Shown piece by piece: positions 48,838 through 61,495 of a stretch of 64,000 nt of DNA. The position numbers and the translations under genes are program-made. Position 1 is the first letter of the stretch, and each line of letters starts with the position of its first letter. Under the pieces are notes generated by a model. It worked only from the letters and a program-made list of their open reading frames with translations. It searched no databases and was not told the origin of the DNA. Location: positions 62,001-126,000 of the forward strand of contig OZ374566.1 in assembly GCA_977862235.1 (NCBI GenBank), read 5' to 3'. This stretch comes from Dudresnaya verticillata (taxonomy: Eukaryota).

Positions 48838-50383
48838 CCGCGTATATGGGCACCCAATGCGCAGGCATGTAGCAGTAGTCGAAGTGGTCGATCCGCGTGA
48901 AAATGTTCGTTGTTTGGTCAACGTGAAATAAAACCCGACTTGCTTAGTTGACCATCCCGCTCCAGTAGTTGGCGTTGCATGAGCTGCTCAAGGCGCCGCT
49001 GAGGCGGACAAGCCGCGTACATGTCCGTGCGTGTGCATCTCGAGGGCTGGAAATGCAGAAGCCAAGTCGCGGCCCGTAGTGTAGCGATCGTTAATGCCCC
49101 TCATCGAGGGAGCTCCGTGTCGGGGCACTTAACGATAGCCGAAGTGGTTTATCCGCGTTTTGGATACTCGTTGATTAACAACGTTGCGGGTATAACGTCC
49201 ATGTCGTTGTTAGACTCGACGTGCCCTTGCCATTCCATAAGGCCTAGCGATGGCGGTTTATACGGTGAACCACGGGAGATTGGCCATTGAATTTCAATGT
49301 GACCCATGGCCATCTCGTTCTACTGCATCCAGTGTGATGTTTTGCCGAGGCGACGCACGTGGAGCGTCCCACGGGACTTGGCCAGGTCTGGGGGCGATAG
49401 GCGAAGCGGTTGGTTTTCGTAAATACGTGCGTTGGTTTACAACGTAAATGACACAGCCCGCTCCCGTTGCCTGGGAGATTTCCTTAGAACTGTCGTTAAC
49501 GCAAAAACGGGCACCGCCGTTTTCCCTATGGAGTCAACAGTATTACGCGAAGCAGTCTTCCCACGTCTGAATATTCTTTGTCCGACAACGTGTTCAAGTT
49601 ACTGCTAGAGCATGCGTCTCCCAGGTATGGCAGTGACTCTTACTAAAGCGGGCTGCCCGAGTGGATGTTTTTATAGAAACAGGGCCGACGCGTTCAAGCC
49701 GATCGTGGCGATTAGGCTGTGTAAGCGTGGCCGCGAAGCGGGATATCCGTGTATTAAGGTTCGTCATTTTCCCAAGTTTCTTCGCTCCCTCGCTCCCATG
49801 CTGCCGTGATCAGCTTTGACGTGAACAAAAGTGTATGTGTATGTCGAGCTCGGTTAGGGGCAGTAGGCTTATGTGAGGTGTGGTTAATCCACGCGTGATT
49901 GTATTGCAACGCTGTTGTTTGTTCATGTTACCTGAACATAACGTATTGTATGAAGCGGTTATCCGCGTAAAGCAGCTCGCTGCCACTAGCGTTAGTATCC
50001 GCCGTCGTGGTCGTAATTGAAGCGGACTGCCAGCGTGAAGATTCCCGCTGATGGCCAGCGTGAAGGCAGACAACGCTTGCCTCACCACTTGACCTCGAGG
50101 GGAACGATCTTATTGGGTCCATGCTAGTGCCCATTATCGCGGAAGTTCCACGCTTTTCTAACAGCAGACGTGGTCCATCCGCATATCGATACTCGTTCAC
50201 GGACAACATAATTCGTTAATCTGATCGTGTCCAATGTTAGGGCCGACGCGCTGGCGCGTATCCGAGCTATGCGGTGATAACCGGAATCACGTGGAGAGCC
50301 ACGATTGCTGTGAGTGGTTCGTTGCTACTCGTTGGTGTACAACGTCGTCTCATCCGTCTTACCATGGTTGGCGAGGAGGAACC

Positions 50384-53300
50384 CTAACCGACCATGGCGC
50401 GATGCAGATTGCTGGGTGTTCCCAATTTCGCCTTGCGGAAGTAACGTAGTACCTGACTGCGAGGTAAATTCTCAATTGGTTCGAGGGTGTTGGATGAACT
50501 TGGGTACCCGAACCATTTGAACTCGTATAGGGTACCCTCATCAGCGTGTTCGTGGTTAACCACTTGGTCTATGACAAACATTGTACGCGGAGCTCCCGCG
50601 GTAGGGTGTACAGTAGAGGGCGCCGTTACTGTAGAGCGAGGATTGGCCTCAGTATGATGAGTCGTGGGTATGAACACTGTATTTTGATCGAATATCACGC
50701 GCCGTGCTGTGGCGGCGCCACCCTTGTTTTGTCGCGGGGTCGACCCCGTTGTGGTTTGGCGCAAGCGTGCACTTCGACGCGGTTGAGTAACGATTGCACG
50801 ACGATTGACCTCGGTGCGTGCCGTCGTTGATGAGGTCGGCGTACTTCGTTGGTCCTCGGAGACGGCTCCGCTCTTGCCGACACCCTCCACACTTGCGGCG
50901 CGCCTGAGCTGTCTGGTCTGTGCACCGTTTGACGAAGATTCGTGAGAGCTGTAGAGGTGATCCTCGCGTGGTTGAAAGAAGGCGTTGCTCACCGGCTTAG
51001 TGCTTATGTCATCTTGCAATGCCGAATCGTGGGTATCCACGTCGCCTCCTATGGTATTCCCGTGGCTATCTACGCCCTCAAACGTCTCGCGGTCTAGACC
51101 GGCGGGGACGAGATCGCGCGAATGACCGACTTGATTGCCGGCATCGGCTACCACGGAGCGGGTCTCCGCGATGACGTCTCGCTTTGATGGTTGGCCACGG
51201 GAAGCAGGTTGTGCTGGTGTCAAGTGGTTATCCACGACCTTGATGCTTCGGCCTTGTGGTTCCTTATCCACGTTATCAATACCAGGGGCGCGCGGAAAGC
51301 GGTCAGCCGCGTGGCCCTCAGTCGGTAAGGGCAACTTAGACTTACCTTCTGCAGCGTGTCGTGCCGTCTCGGCACTAGGCGAAGGCGAATGCGTCGTCTC
51401 CGACTGTGGGATACCCTCGTAGTTACCCGTGCGTAGCGCCGGTGTCTTGCTTTGGGTCCCTCCCGACAAGGGATGACTAGGCCCCGGCAGTGACTCCGTC
51501 GGCACGTCGTTTGCTACTCGCGGTGGTCCCGTTACTCTGCAAAACTCCCCGTAGTCAGGGGCCGTCAAAGGCGGCCCCCGGAGGGCGGTAGGTTCAGAGT
51601 GGCGCGCGTCTGCGACATGGTTTGCGAGCTGCCTTTGACCTATCTGTTCACTCGGGAACGGCCTAACTGACTTCCTGTCATTTGCCGGCGCCGGCGTGGT
51701 TGATGCGGTAGTACAAAAGGCCGAGGGAATCCTCGTTATGATTCTCGCGTACTGTTGGCTGTTGCAAAGTCCAGGGTGGCCCTGTGGCGGCAGATCGGCC
51801 AATCCCCGTTCGCGGTTAATTGGATCTGATGGCAGCGGAGTACTTGGCAGTTGGTTATTGGTTTCGCGGTGCGGTCCGCTGTCGCCTGGCGCAGGAAGTG
51901 CTTCCACGTGGCCCGCTCGTGCCCTTTCGCCATCGGTCGCAAGGGCAGGCTCGAGAGGTACCAGGACCACTCCGTCGCGGTAAATCCGCTCTTGGGTGTC
52001 GTTCCCCATGTTGAGAACGACTGTGTCGCCCTTGGCCTTCACAACCCGATATGGTCCGTAGCTGATCGGCGCGAGTTTATGTTTAGGGGCATCCCTATCG
52101 TAGTGCTCTTTTAGGACGAAGGAGTGCGAACCGTTGCTGATAACTTCCGCGGGTAGCCGCACTCTTGCGTCTAAATCGCGTTTGTAGCGCGCCTGCGACT
52201 TGGCGAGTTCCTTATCCGCGGTTTCCATCAACCCGCGTAGCAATTCTTGCCACTTTTCGCGATATTTCGCTGTCAACGGGAGACTCCGTAGTGAGGGCTC
52301 GGCCTCGATAGCTAGTGGCCGTGGTGGTCGGGATAGGACCAGTTGAAAAGGGGCTAACTTCGTCGTAGTGTGGACCTGCGCATTGTAAGCGTACTTGAGT
52401 GCGTCGCTGAATAAGTCCCAATCACGCGGGTGGTCCGCGACGTAGTGGAGTAGGCTTGCTAGGATTGTCCTATTAAATCGCTCGACTTGCCCGTTAGTCT
52501 GGGGGTGGTACGTGGTTGTAAACAGATTCTTGACATCCAGTAAGCCACAGATAGATTGGAACAGCTTCGCAGTGAATTGCAGCCCATTATCCGATAGTAA
52601 TGTCTTCGGGGGTCCATAGACGAAGACCCAATGGTGTACGAACGCTTTCGCGATCTCCATTGCAGATATTCCTTTTGAGCGGTACAGTCCGCGTGAGCTT
52701 CAAATGGCGGTCCACGATAACCAGTAGGAATCGGTTGTCGCGCTTGGACCGGATGCGTTCTCGAAGAAGGTCAATCAAAACCTGTTCAAACGGCGCTGTC
52801 GCCGGGAATAACCGTAGATACTTGGACAAACGTCTTAGTTTGACTTGATTCTGCGCGCACGTGGCGCAATTCCGGACCATGGTGTCGCAATCCACTGTCA
52901 TTGAAGGCCAATGAAAGTGGCGGCGTAGTGAGTAGAACAGTTTGCGTCCACCCGGGTGACCGGCAATCTTAGCATGATGTGTCATGTGTAGGACACGTGC
53001 TCGAAGCACGAATGGTACCACGACCCGGGGGTCGGCCTCGACAGTCCGGACTAGGATTCCGTCATCATTAGTGCGAAAGGGCAGCACCTCCCCACCGTTA
53101 AGACGCGAACGCAAGTGAGTACAGAACGCGTCTCCCATTTGGGCGTGAAGTAGTTCTTCGGTAGAAATCGGCCGAAGCAAGTCTTCGTCTTGTGTCGGTG
53201 GGCTGGTAACCAACAACCGGTCGAAGGCGTCGTAGTCTTGAGAGAGGAAAGCCTCGTCATCCGTGGCAATAGCGTGGTCGGCCACGGAGCATGGGATGTA

Positions 53301-55814
53301 GTCATCGATAGGTTGCTGAGTCTTGCCTAAAGCGCGCAATCGTGACAGCGCGTCGGCCTGGGTGTTGAGCCGTCCCTTCTTGTACTTGACATCAAAGTCG
53401 AATTCAGAAAGGCGCAGTCGCCATCGCATAAGCCGGCCAGACGGGTCGTTAATTTCCATGAGCCATCTCAGGGACGAGTGATCTGTGTGAGTGTAAAGTG
53501 CTCCAATTGGAGGTACGGTCGCAACGTGGTGACATCCCACACGACAGCGAGACATTCCTGCTCGGATACGGGATAGTTCTTCTCCGCGGCTGTCAGTGAC
53601 CGGTAGAAATACCCGAGAGGGCGCCGCTCACCTTTGGCTGTTGTTTGAAACAGGGCACACCCTACTTGATACTGACTGGCGTCGGTATCGACGGAATACG
53701 CGAGACCGGGCTTGGGTAATCCCAAAATTGGTGGTTCGATCACCGCGGTAATTGGCACGCGGAAAGCCGCGACTTCCTCATTCCCGAATGGTGCTAGTTG
53801 CACAGGTTAGTCTTTCTTGAGCAACGTATTGAGTGGGGCGGCCACGTATGCGTAGTCGGGGAGAAACCACCGGGAGACATTACACAGACCCAAAAAGGAG
53901 CGCAACTCCGTCTGGTTTCGTGGGTGTTGTGCCTCGCGTCATGCTGCGACCGCGGTTTGGACGATACCAAGTTGTCCAGGCCTTATGACGTGCCCGAGGT
54001 AGGTGACTTCATCCGTGAAGAAGTCGCACTTCTTGAGCTTCAGGGTCACCCCTGCTCTCCGCAGCGTAGCAAGGATTTCCTCAACGTGTTGGTAATGCGA
54101 ATCGATATTGCGCGAGTAGATGATCACATCGTCTAGATAGACGAGGAATGTCCGCCATTTAACGCCCGAAAGGAATATATCCAATGTACGTTGAAATATA
54201 GCCGGCGCGTTCGTAAGTCCGAAGGGCATACGACGGTAGCGGAATAGATCCGTGTGGCAAGTAAACGTGGTTTTGTCACGATCTCGGGGTGCAATGGGGA
54301 TCTGCCAATACCCCGAATTGCAGTCCAACGTCGTGAATACCGACGCGTCTCCGAGCGAGTCGATGCACTCGTCCATCCGCGGGAGCGCGTAGGTGTCGCG
54401 CACCGTGAGGGCGTTCAACTGTCGGTAGTCGACGCAGAATCGTAGCGTGCCGTCCTTCTTCGGCACGAACACAACCGGGGATGCCCAGGGCGACTCCGCG
54501 GGCTCTCTAACTCCGGCGCGGAGCATTCGCTCGACTTCGGTCTGCTACAGCTCTCACTGTTTTGGACCTGCCCGATACGGCGGCGACGAAAATGGTCGCG
54601 ACCCCGGGAGTAAATCGATGTAATGTTAGGTGGCGTTAATCTCACCTAATTGGCCGTCCCACATAGACGAATATTTCCCTAGGAGCTCTTTCACACGTAC
54701 TTGATGCGCCAGCGGAAGGTGAGATAGGTCAAGGTCCTCAACTGTTGGTGGTTTCTCGGAGGCTTCCCCGTATCCTGCTTCGGCCTGAGGAGCTGTTTCC
54801 GGCTTGGCGTCTTCGGCGATTTTCGTCAGCCCCAACACATCCGCGAGCTGTCGATGACTCGGAAAGATTACGGTGGGGTGTGGAAGGGCCATCGCCACCA
54901 CCTGCCCCTTCACCAGTGTTGCGGGCGACGCGAGAAGTTCGCGAGTAGGATCCGAAACGGACGCGAGGGCTCGAACTCGGCGATGCCATTCGTGGCGATT
55001 ACTCCCTGTCGTTCGTACGGCGTGTTACTGGGCCGGAGGCAAACGAATCCAGCCAGCTCCGTGGTAACGGTAACCCACGTCTGCGATTGCGCAGGAAGGG
55101 TGGTCTTCAAGCCACGCGCACTTTTTGAGAGGAGCGCCCCTTGGCCTTGCCGAACTCATGTTCTGCTGGTAACGGCGCGTAGTTCGGGGGAGGTTTCATC
55201 GGCCGTCGAGTTATCGGTACCCGTGTACCGTGGTCGAGTTTGAATTCTTTCGTAGAAGGGTAGATAGCCTCGACAAACCTGTCGCAGAAATTGCAACCCA
55301 GGATGACTGGTGCCGCCAACCGCTCGCACACAATGAAGTCGAGTTTGACGACGCAGGGACCAAGGCGGACGATCAGTCCGATTGTACCCAGCGTCGATAT
55401 TGGCTTGCTGTTCGCATCCGCGATCGTGGGTAGGGCCACGGACTTGATTTCGGAGTTCATCTCCGGTGGAGGCTCTGACTTCCGAATGAAGTTGGGTCCT
55501 GCACCCGTGTCAAGGACACTCAGCTTACGAGCGAGCAGGCCCATTCTTGCGCCGATTTCGGCATACACCTTGACGTTTCGCTTCGCGAGGACGCAAACTT
55601 CGTCAGTGTATCGACGCTGCCGTACCCTGTCCCATAGATGGCGCAAGGGGGTAGATCTGCGCGGTTTTTCCGCGTCGGAGATGTCCGTTGGTGGATCGGA
55701 CATCGGCAGGGATAGCCCCGGTAAGTGCGTAGGTTCCTCGCCCCGAGTTCCGTCGGTCGACGATGAATCGAGGGACTCTCCAACCAAGGGGCTAGGAACC
55801 CCACTTAGTTTCCC
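50384..55814 (-). pseudogene. pol: pol of element C: PR, RT, RH, IN, long linker, chromodomain
   Basis: LDTGAGPN (55107..55787), YLDD RT (53939..54526), RNase H (53468..53803), integrase (52587..53555 and 50384..52660) ending FVIDQVVNH...FKWFGY. Many stops and frameshifts. Confidence 0.95.
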
Positions 55815-58326
55815 TGGGCGCGGTTAACCACGGTGTCCTCGCGGCGGAGTACCTGCGGGTGCCTCTCGGTGGTTTGAGGACGGGGGTCAGCGCCCGCCTG
55901 GCGACGTCGTATAGCGGCGAGTTTCACCACTTGGGCGTACGAATCACGGCGGACCCGGGCTTGTTCTTCCGGAGTCAGCGCCTCAAAGTTGCGGATCACC
56001 GACTCCGGGTCGCTAAAGGGGTGAACGCACTCGGTTGAGAGGTTGTTACTTGCGTAGCACGTGAAGCAGATAATCTGCGGTCGGGGCGCATTCCTGTCCC
56101 TCGCGCGGATCGGTACGCGGTCCTGCCACTCCGGCCGCGCTTGTGCAACGTGTCGCGCGTGTTCCTGATACGGAATACGCGGGGCCGGGACGGTACGCGG
56201 AGGTCCACCCCGTTGATAAAATGCTAACGGGGGGTCGGCATACTCGGAGATGGTGTCCGTTGGTAGGTCGGTCGTCGGTATCGACGCGTCCGACTGGAAC
56301 AGGTGAAGTTCACCGTAGGCCTCTTCTCGTTCTTGGCGGGCACCGATGCTCCTGTCGCGGAATTCCACGGATGAATCGGCGAGTAGCGCTGTTGAACGGG
56401 GGCGACTCCGGTTTTTTTTCTTGACAGTTCGGCACCGTCAACGGTGGAGCCCTATTCCTATGGAGGCCCAGCCTTGATCGGTGCGCGTCGCCTTCGTCTT
56501 GAGCATAACCCACAAGATGTTCAAAAGACAGCTCGTCACGAGGCGTTTCCTCTCGACAGAGTGTTACCAAGGAGCGGATAGCTGGGTCTAGCCCATCAAT
56601 AAAGATGGTCATCTTCTCCCACATCGGGTAGGCATTCCCGCAGCAGCTGCATGCTTTGCTAAGCCTCTCGCCGTACTCGGCTTCTTTCTCCCCCTGATGT
56701 TGGCGTGTTGAACGGAGCGCGAGAGTCGCTTCGCGAATGGCGTTTGGCGTCGCGTATGTCCGGAGCAGACAGTTGACTGCCTCGGGCCAAGCGGAATTAC
56801 CTCCGGACGCATTAGACGGCGATGACGTAGCCGAGCGGAAAAGCGAAGCGACATTTCCACGTAGGAAGTATCCGACAGCTGGAAGTTCTTGGGCTTCTGA
56901 AATCTCGAGGGTGTCCGCCTCGTCAATGAAGCGAGCCAAAAACTCAAGAATCATGACGGGTTCTTCCCCGGTGAAGGTATTACCCTTCATCGTCAATTCA
57001 AGACGGCGTATCTGGTCGCGAATCTTCCCTGTTTCACGTCCTGTCCTCTTTTGTGACGTGTTCTCAAGCCGATAACGGCGGTATGACAGAAGTTTGTCGA
57101 AGCGTGGGTCCGTCGGCTTGTGTTCCTTGAGCGACCGGTATTTCGGACCCAGCTTAGAACGGTGGTTCCGCCGGGGTGTGATATCACCGTCACGGCTCGA
57201 GTCTGACCCAAACGAACTGTCCGAAGAGCGCGCAGATGAAGAGGAAGAAGAGGGCTCGCTATCCTCGGGATCACCACGGCGACGACGCCGGTCTTCCTTC
57301 TTGATACGCTTGCAGTCGCGCTTGCGGCGTTCACGCCGTTCACGCGCGAGCTGCGAGGCTCCATTTTCGGGGCTTTCCCATTGCGAGACTCCGCGATTTC
57401 GACTTCGGGAGTCTCGTCATCATCGGGGTAAGCCCTACCGTGGCGACCTCGTTGGTTATCCCCGTCACAGCAGCGGCCTAACGCGCACTTGTAAGCCTGG
57501 TCTTCCAGTCGTGAGAGGCGAGCAGCGACTCGAGTGAATCTCTCCTCTTCGGGTACGGCCCCGGCCTGGCGCGGTTCACCGCGGGCTTCGAGTAGTGCGC
57601 TCACGTCCGCGCGTAGGGTACGGAGGTCACCCGCGAGCGTGGCCTCTGCGGTACCGGCTCGGCCTTCCGTGACGCCTCGATACCAGGCGTTGACCTTGAT
57701 GACCAACTCGTCGTAACCGGCTCTAGAAGGGTCACGCGGTCAGCTGCATTGCGGATGGCGGCGTCGGGTGACTCCTGCAGACCCGCGATGTGTCGCGAAA
57801 GTCGGGACGCGAGCTTTTGGTCCGCGTTAATGCACACAGCGCGAATCGCCGCTCGTGGCAAGGTGGCCCCAGATTGCACAAAAGCGCCAGTCGGGGCCGG
57901 GATTGGAACGGTGTTAAACACCGGTTTTGGGGGTACCGGGTCCGAAGGTACCTCTTCGTACGAGGGCTCGCCCGACGGAGCGTTCTCCGGAACGACTTGT
58001 GTCGGAATCGAGGTAACATCCTCGGGAGGAACTGCTGACGGCCCACCGTCACCCAGCGTGCTGGCGTTGGCGGCCGAGTAGGTAGCGCTACGTACAGAAA
58101 TCTGCGGTGGTAGAGCCTCCGAGGTCATCCCCGTTGGCGGTGGCGGAAACGGCGGCGTCGGTTGTACCGTGGGCGCGTCCGAGCGACGTTTAGCCGTCGA
58201 GTGCCCACCAAAGGCGATGCCAATTTCGGGACTAACCCGGCGTTCTTCTAACGCACCTGAGCGCGTAACAGGGACCGTTATGGTCCCTGGCGTAGACGAG
58301 GTCTTCCTCGATTTCGGCGGTCCCAT
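55805..58326 (-). pseudogene. gag: gag of element C, fragmented
   Basis: ORFs 57601..58326, 56993..57706, 56310..56996 and 55805..56368 resemble the B gag (VSPEI.., ILEFLARF, LLRTYATP). The knuckle is degenerate (CFTCYASNNLSTEC). Confidence 0.88.
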
Positions 58327-58448
58327 CAGGGGAGAAGTGGAATTCCACGGGCGGTAAACGGCTGAACCTTGTGGCTATTCCGGAGAGTTCTCCGTGGGAT
58401 CTTGAGAGGCTGGAAGCGAGGTAAACCTCTCAATTGGTCGAAGTAGTC

Positions 58449-58466
58449 TTCTAGGCCGGGAGACCA
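58449..58466 (-). promoter_or_regulatory. Primer-binding site of C
   Basis: The minus strand reads TGGTCTCCCGGCCTAGAA, 3 nt after the 5' LTR. Confidence 0.85.
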
Positions 58467-58469
58467 CTT

Positions 58470-59307
58470 TGTGGTGCAACACCGAAAAACGGGGATTGCC
58501 CCAACCGTGTTCCACGCGGTCTCCCGCGGGTAGGTAGCAGACGCACCACGCAGTGAGGCGGGCGCCGGAGTGGTGGTAGAGCAAACAGGACACGGGGTGT
58601 GCCCCGAATGGTTGACGGCGAGTTCGGGGTCGACTGTAAAACCCTCGAACCGCCAGGGGTGCCGTAATGCACGTAAAGTAACGAAGGCGATTACGCCGGT
58701 GAGTGCCGTTGAAGACAGGCGTTGGAACGGGGTGCGTAGGCCCGGTTCGCGCGCGGTGCTGTTACCGAAGGCGAAGGTGGGGTATCGTCGAGTTCCTAAG
58801 CCTGCTTGGCTCTTTACTGTGGGAGGGGTTCCCCGTATACTAAGTATCCCCCACGGGAGGTGCGCGCGTGTGTCTGGCGCCGTGCGCCTGACACTTGGCA
58901 TACGCGCGCACCACGAACTCACTAAAATAACGCGCAAAATATCTAGCGTAGAAATACTACTATCGCACTGTAAATCAGTGTAAACTAAGGGTGCGCATTG
59001 CTGATGCGCACCCGAGCGAGGATTCCCTCGGATATATTCGGCGCGCCTGTTGCGCGTGTACACGTGGAGACCTGTCGTCCGTGTGTGCTGTAGGCGTGTG
59101 CTGTACGGGCGCACGCGCACCGCGCCAAGGGCTCGTTGTCCATTGGCCGGATCTCGTACACACGGCATCCACGCACAGGCCCATCCAAGCCGCCGGTTAT
59201 CGGCGTATGCTCTATCCGCGGGTGATCCGCGTGTACCGTCGTCCGCTCACCGCGCGAGCGGGTGTGGCGATATAAAACGGGGCTTACTCCCGGGGTCTTG
59301 CACCACA
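58470..59307 (-). repeat. 5' LTR of element C (838 bp)
   Basis: TGTGGTGCAA...TTGCACCACA inverted termini; repeat of 30904-31622. Confidence 0.93.
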
Positions 59308-59595
59308 GCTTGCACCATATACGTCTACGCCAGGTGTACCACCCGCTACCGGTCCAGCTCCGTCGGTGCTTCCGACGATGGCTTCTCATCAAGCTCACGC
59401 TCTTGGAATTTCTCCCGTTGCGAACACCGGGTACCCGTCAACACCAGAAGTGCGGTACCACGCACAGGCGTGTACGATGCAAGACCTGTCTGGAATGGCC
59501 GCGCCGGCGCAGCCCGGAATGGTGCAGCCTGGCTTGATGTATGCTCCGCCGCCGCCGATTCAGGGATCTCCTGCTCAGCTTGGAGTTCCTGTTCC

Positions 59596-61495
59596 GTTCA
59601 CGGACGACTCGTACGAACCGTAGAGGCCCGGCCACAAACTGCTGTGCCATTCACGTTACTCGCACGCCTCCTACACCTCAGGCATTACGCTAAGTTAGCG
59701 GCACATCCCGGAGGAAGGCAGTTGTATCAGACGCTCCGACGCGAATTCTATTGGCCGTCCATGACGGTACATTGTTACGCAACTGTTCGCAACTGCATTA
59801 CTTGCGCGAAGAACCGCGTCTTGCTACGAAAGAACGTGAAGGAGATGAAGCTGTTCCCGGCTACCGAACCGCTAGAGTTCGTTTGTATCGACATACTTGG
59901 AGAACTCATACGGACGAAACGGGGAAAGAAGTTCCTCCTTGTAATCGTAGACCGCTTTTCGAAGCTGGTCAGGACGGTACCTTTGCGTACAGTTACGGCT
60001 TTAGAAACCGAAAGCGTTCGTTCGACATTGGGTATTCGTGTATGGCCCGCCCAAGCGCTTACTGTCAGATAATGGGCCACAGTTTGTCGCCAAACTATTC
60101 CAGGACGTCTGCCGTCTACTGGGTGTCGAGAATCTCTTCACCACGCCGTATCGCCCGCAGTGTAATGGACAGGTAGAACGGTTTAACCGGACGATACTCG
60201 CATCATTGCGTCATTACGTGGCGGACCATCCTCGCGATTGGGATATGTTCACAGACGCTTTGACGTTTGGTTACAACACGCAGATTCACTCGTCCACACA
60301 GTTATCGCCGTTCGAGTTGGTACTCTCCCGGCCGCCACTCCAGCTGTCGCTCCAAGCGGAGCCGTCGCTGGAAAGCGTCCCCACCGGTGGCCAATACTAC
60401 ACGAAGTGGAGGGCATGGCTGACCGCATTGATGAGTCGCGACAGCGACCTTGGCGCAAACGCAAGCCCGCTATAAGCGAAATTTCGACTCCCGACTACGG
60501 AAGTGTGCCCAGAAAATTGTCGCAGGAGACTTCGTATTTGTACACAAGGAGTATTTCGCCAGAGGCAGCTCGAAGGATCAAGCGGAGCGCAAGCATAAGT
60601 TGGCGCCAGTGGCGGATGGGCCCTACCGAGTGATCAGCGTCGAAGACGGTACGATTACCGTCGACAAAGGACGTAAAGAACGCGAACGCTTGTCAACGGA
60701 CCGCGTGGTTTGGGCTCCGACCCCTCCGGGTCACGTCGCAATCAACACCCCCACGACTGCGGGTCCGCCGCCTAATGGGGTGCCACCAAACCAAGGAGTC
60801 GTCAACGACGAGACGAACGCCGCTGCAGCGACACCCCTGGATGGGAGTGATCAACAGATGCGTGGCGACCGTTCACCACAGGCGTCCGTTCGCGGCTTGA
60901 CCGAGTTGGCTCCGTTCGCGGCCGGGCCCGGTAGTGAGTCATCGCAGTCCGTCTCAGACGACGACCAACCTCAAGGCGTCCGCACCCGACTCGTCGTCGC
61001 CACACAGTCTCCGGATACGCCGCCGTCTGGACCGACTAAGAGCGCCACTGATGTAACCAAGGCTACGCTAAGGAGCGGAGGTCAAACCCCGACCATGTCG
61101 GCAGCGCAAACACCAGACGCAAGCTCATCTCCCGCCGAAGGCGTACGTTCGGTTATACGGGACGATACCACCCACGGCGATCCTCGCGTCGAGTACGCTT
61201 CGCAGGACCGTTGGACGCCCACGGCGAAGGACTAAAGCAGCCGAAGGACCCACCCAAAGCGAAACGTAAGCAACCGGTTGCTGGCAGCGAAGGAGAGTAC
61301 GTCATCGATCGAATCGAGAAGCACGCGTTCGCAGATGACGGAGAGATCCTCTACTTCGTGAAATGGTTCGGATACACAGCCACAGCGAGCACGTGGGAAC
61401 CGGTGTCCAACCTACCCCGTTCGCATATCGTGCGGTACCACCGCCAAAAGCAAACGGACCCTCCACCGAATATCGACGACGCTCGTTTAGGGTAA
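59596..61495 (+). pseudogene. pol: Integrase plus chromodomain of a 5'-truncated B-family element (D)
   Basis: Close to the B integrase (LVRTVEARPQ, HYAKLAAHPGG, CAKNRVLLRKNVKEMK, KHKLAPVADGPYRV, EYVIDRIEKH...VKWFGY). Several frameshifts. Confidence 0.92.

Larger units (their letters stand above)
30904..59307 (-). mobile_element. Chromodomain Ty3/Gypsy element C, older and decayed, interrupted by the CACTA element and by B
   Basis: LTR copies at 30904-31622 (partial) and 58470-59307. Reverse PPT TCGCCCCCTCCTAAGAG at 31623, PBS at 58449-58466, gag-pol on the minus strand and an antisense ORF on the plus strand. Confidence 0.85.
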
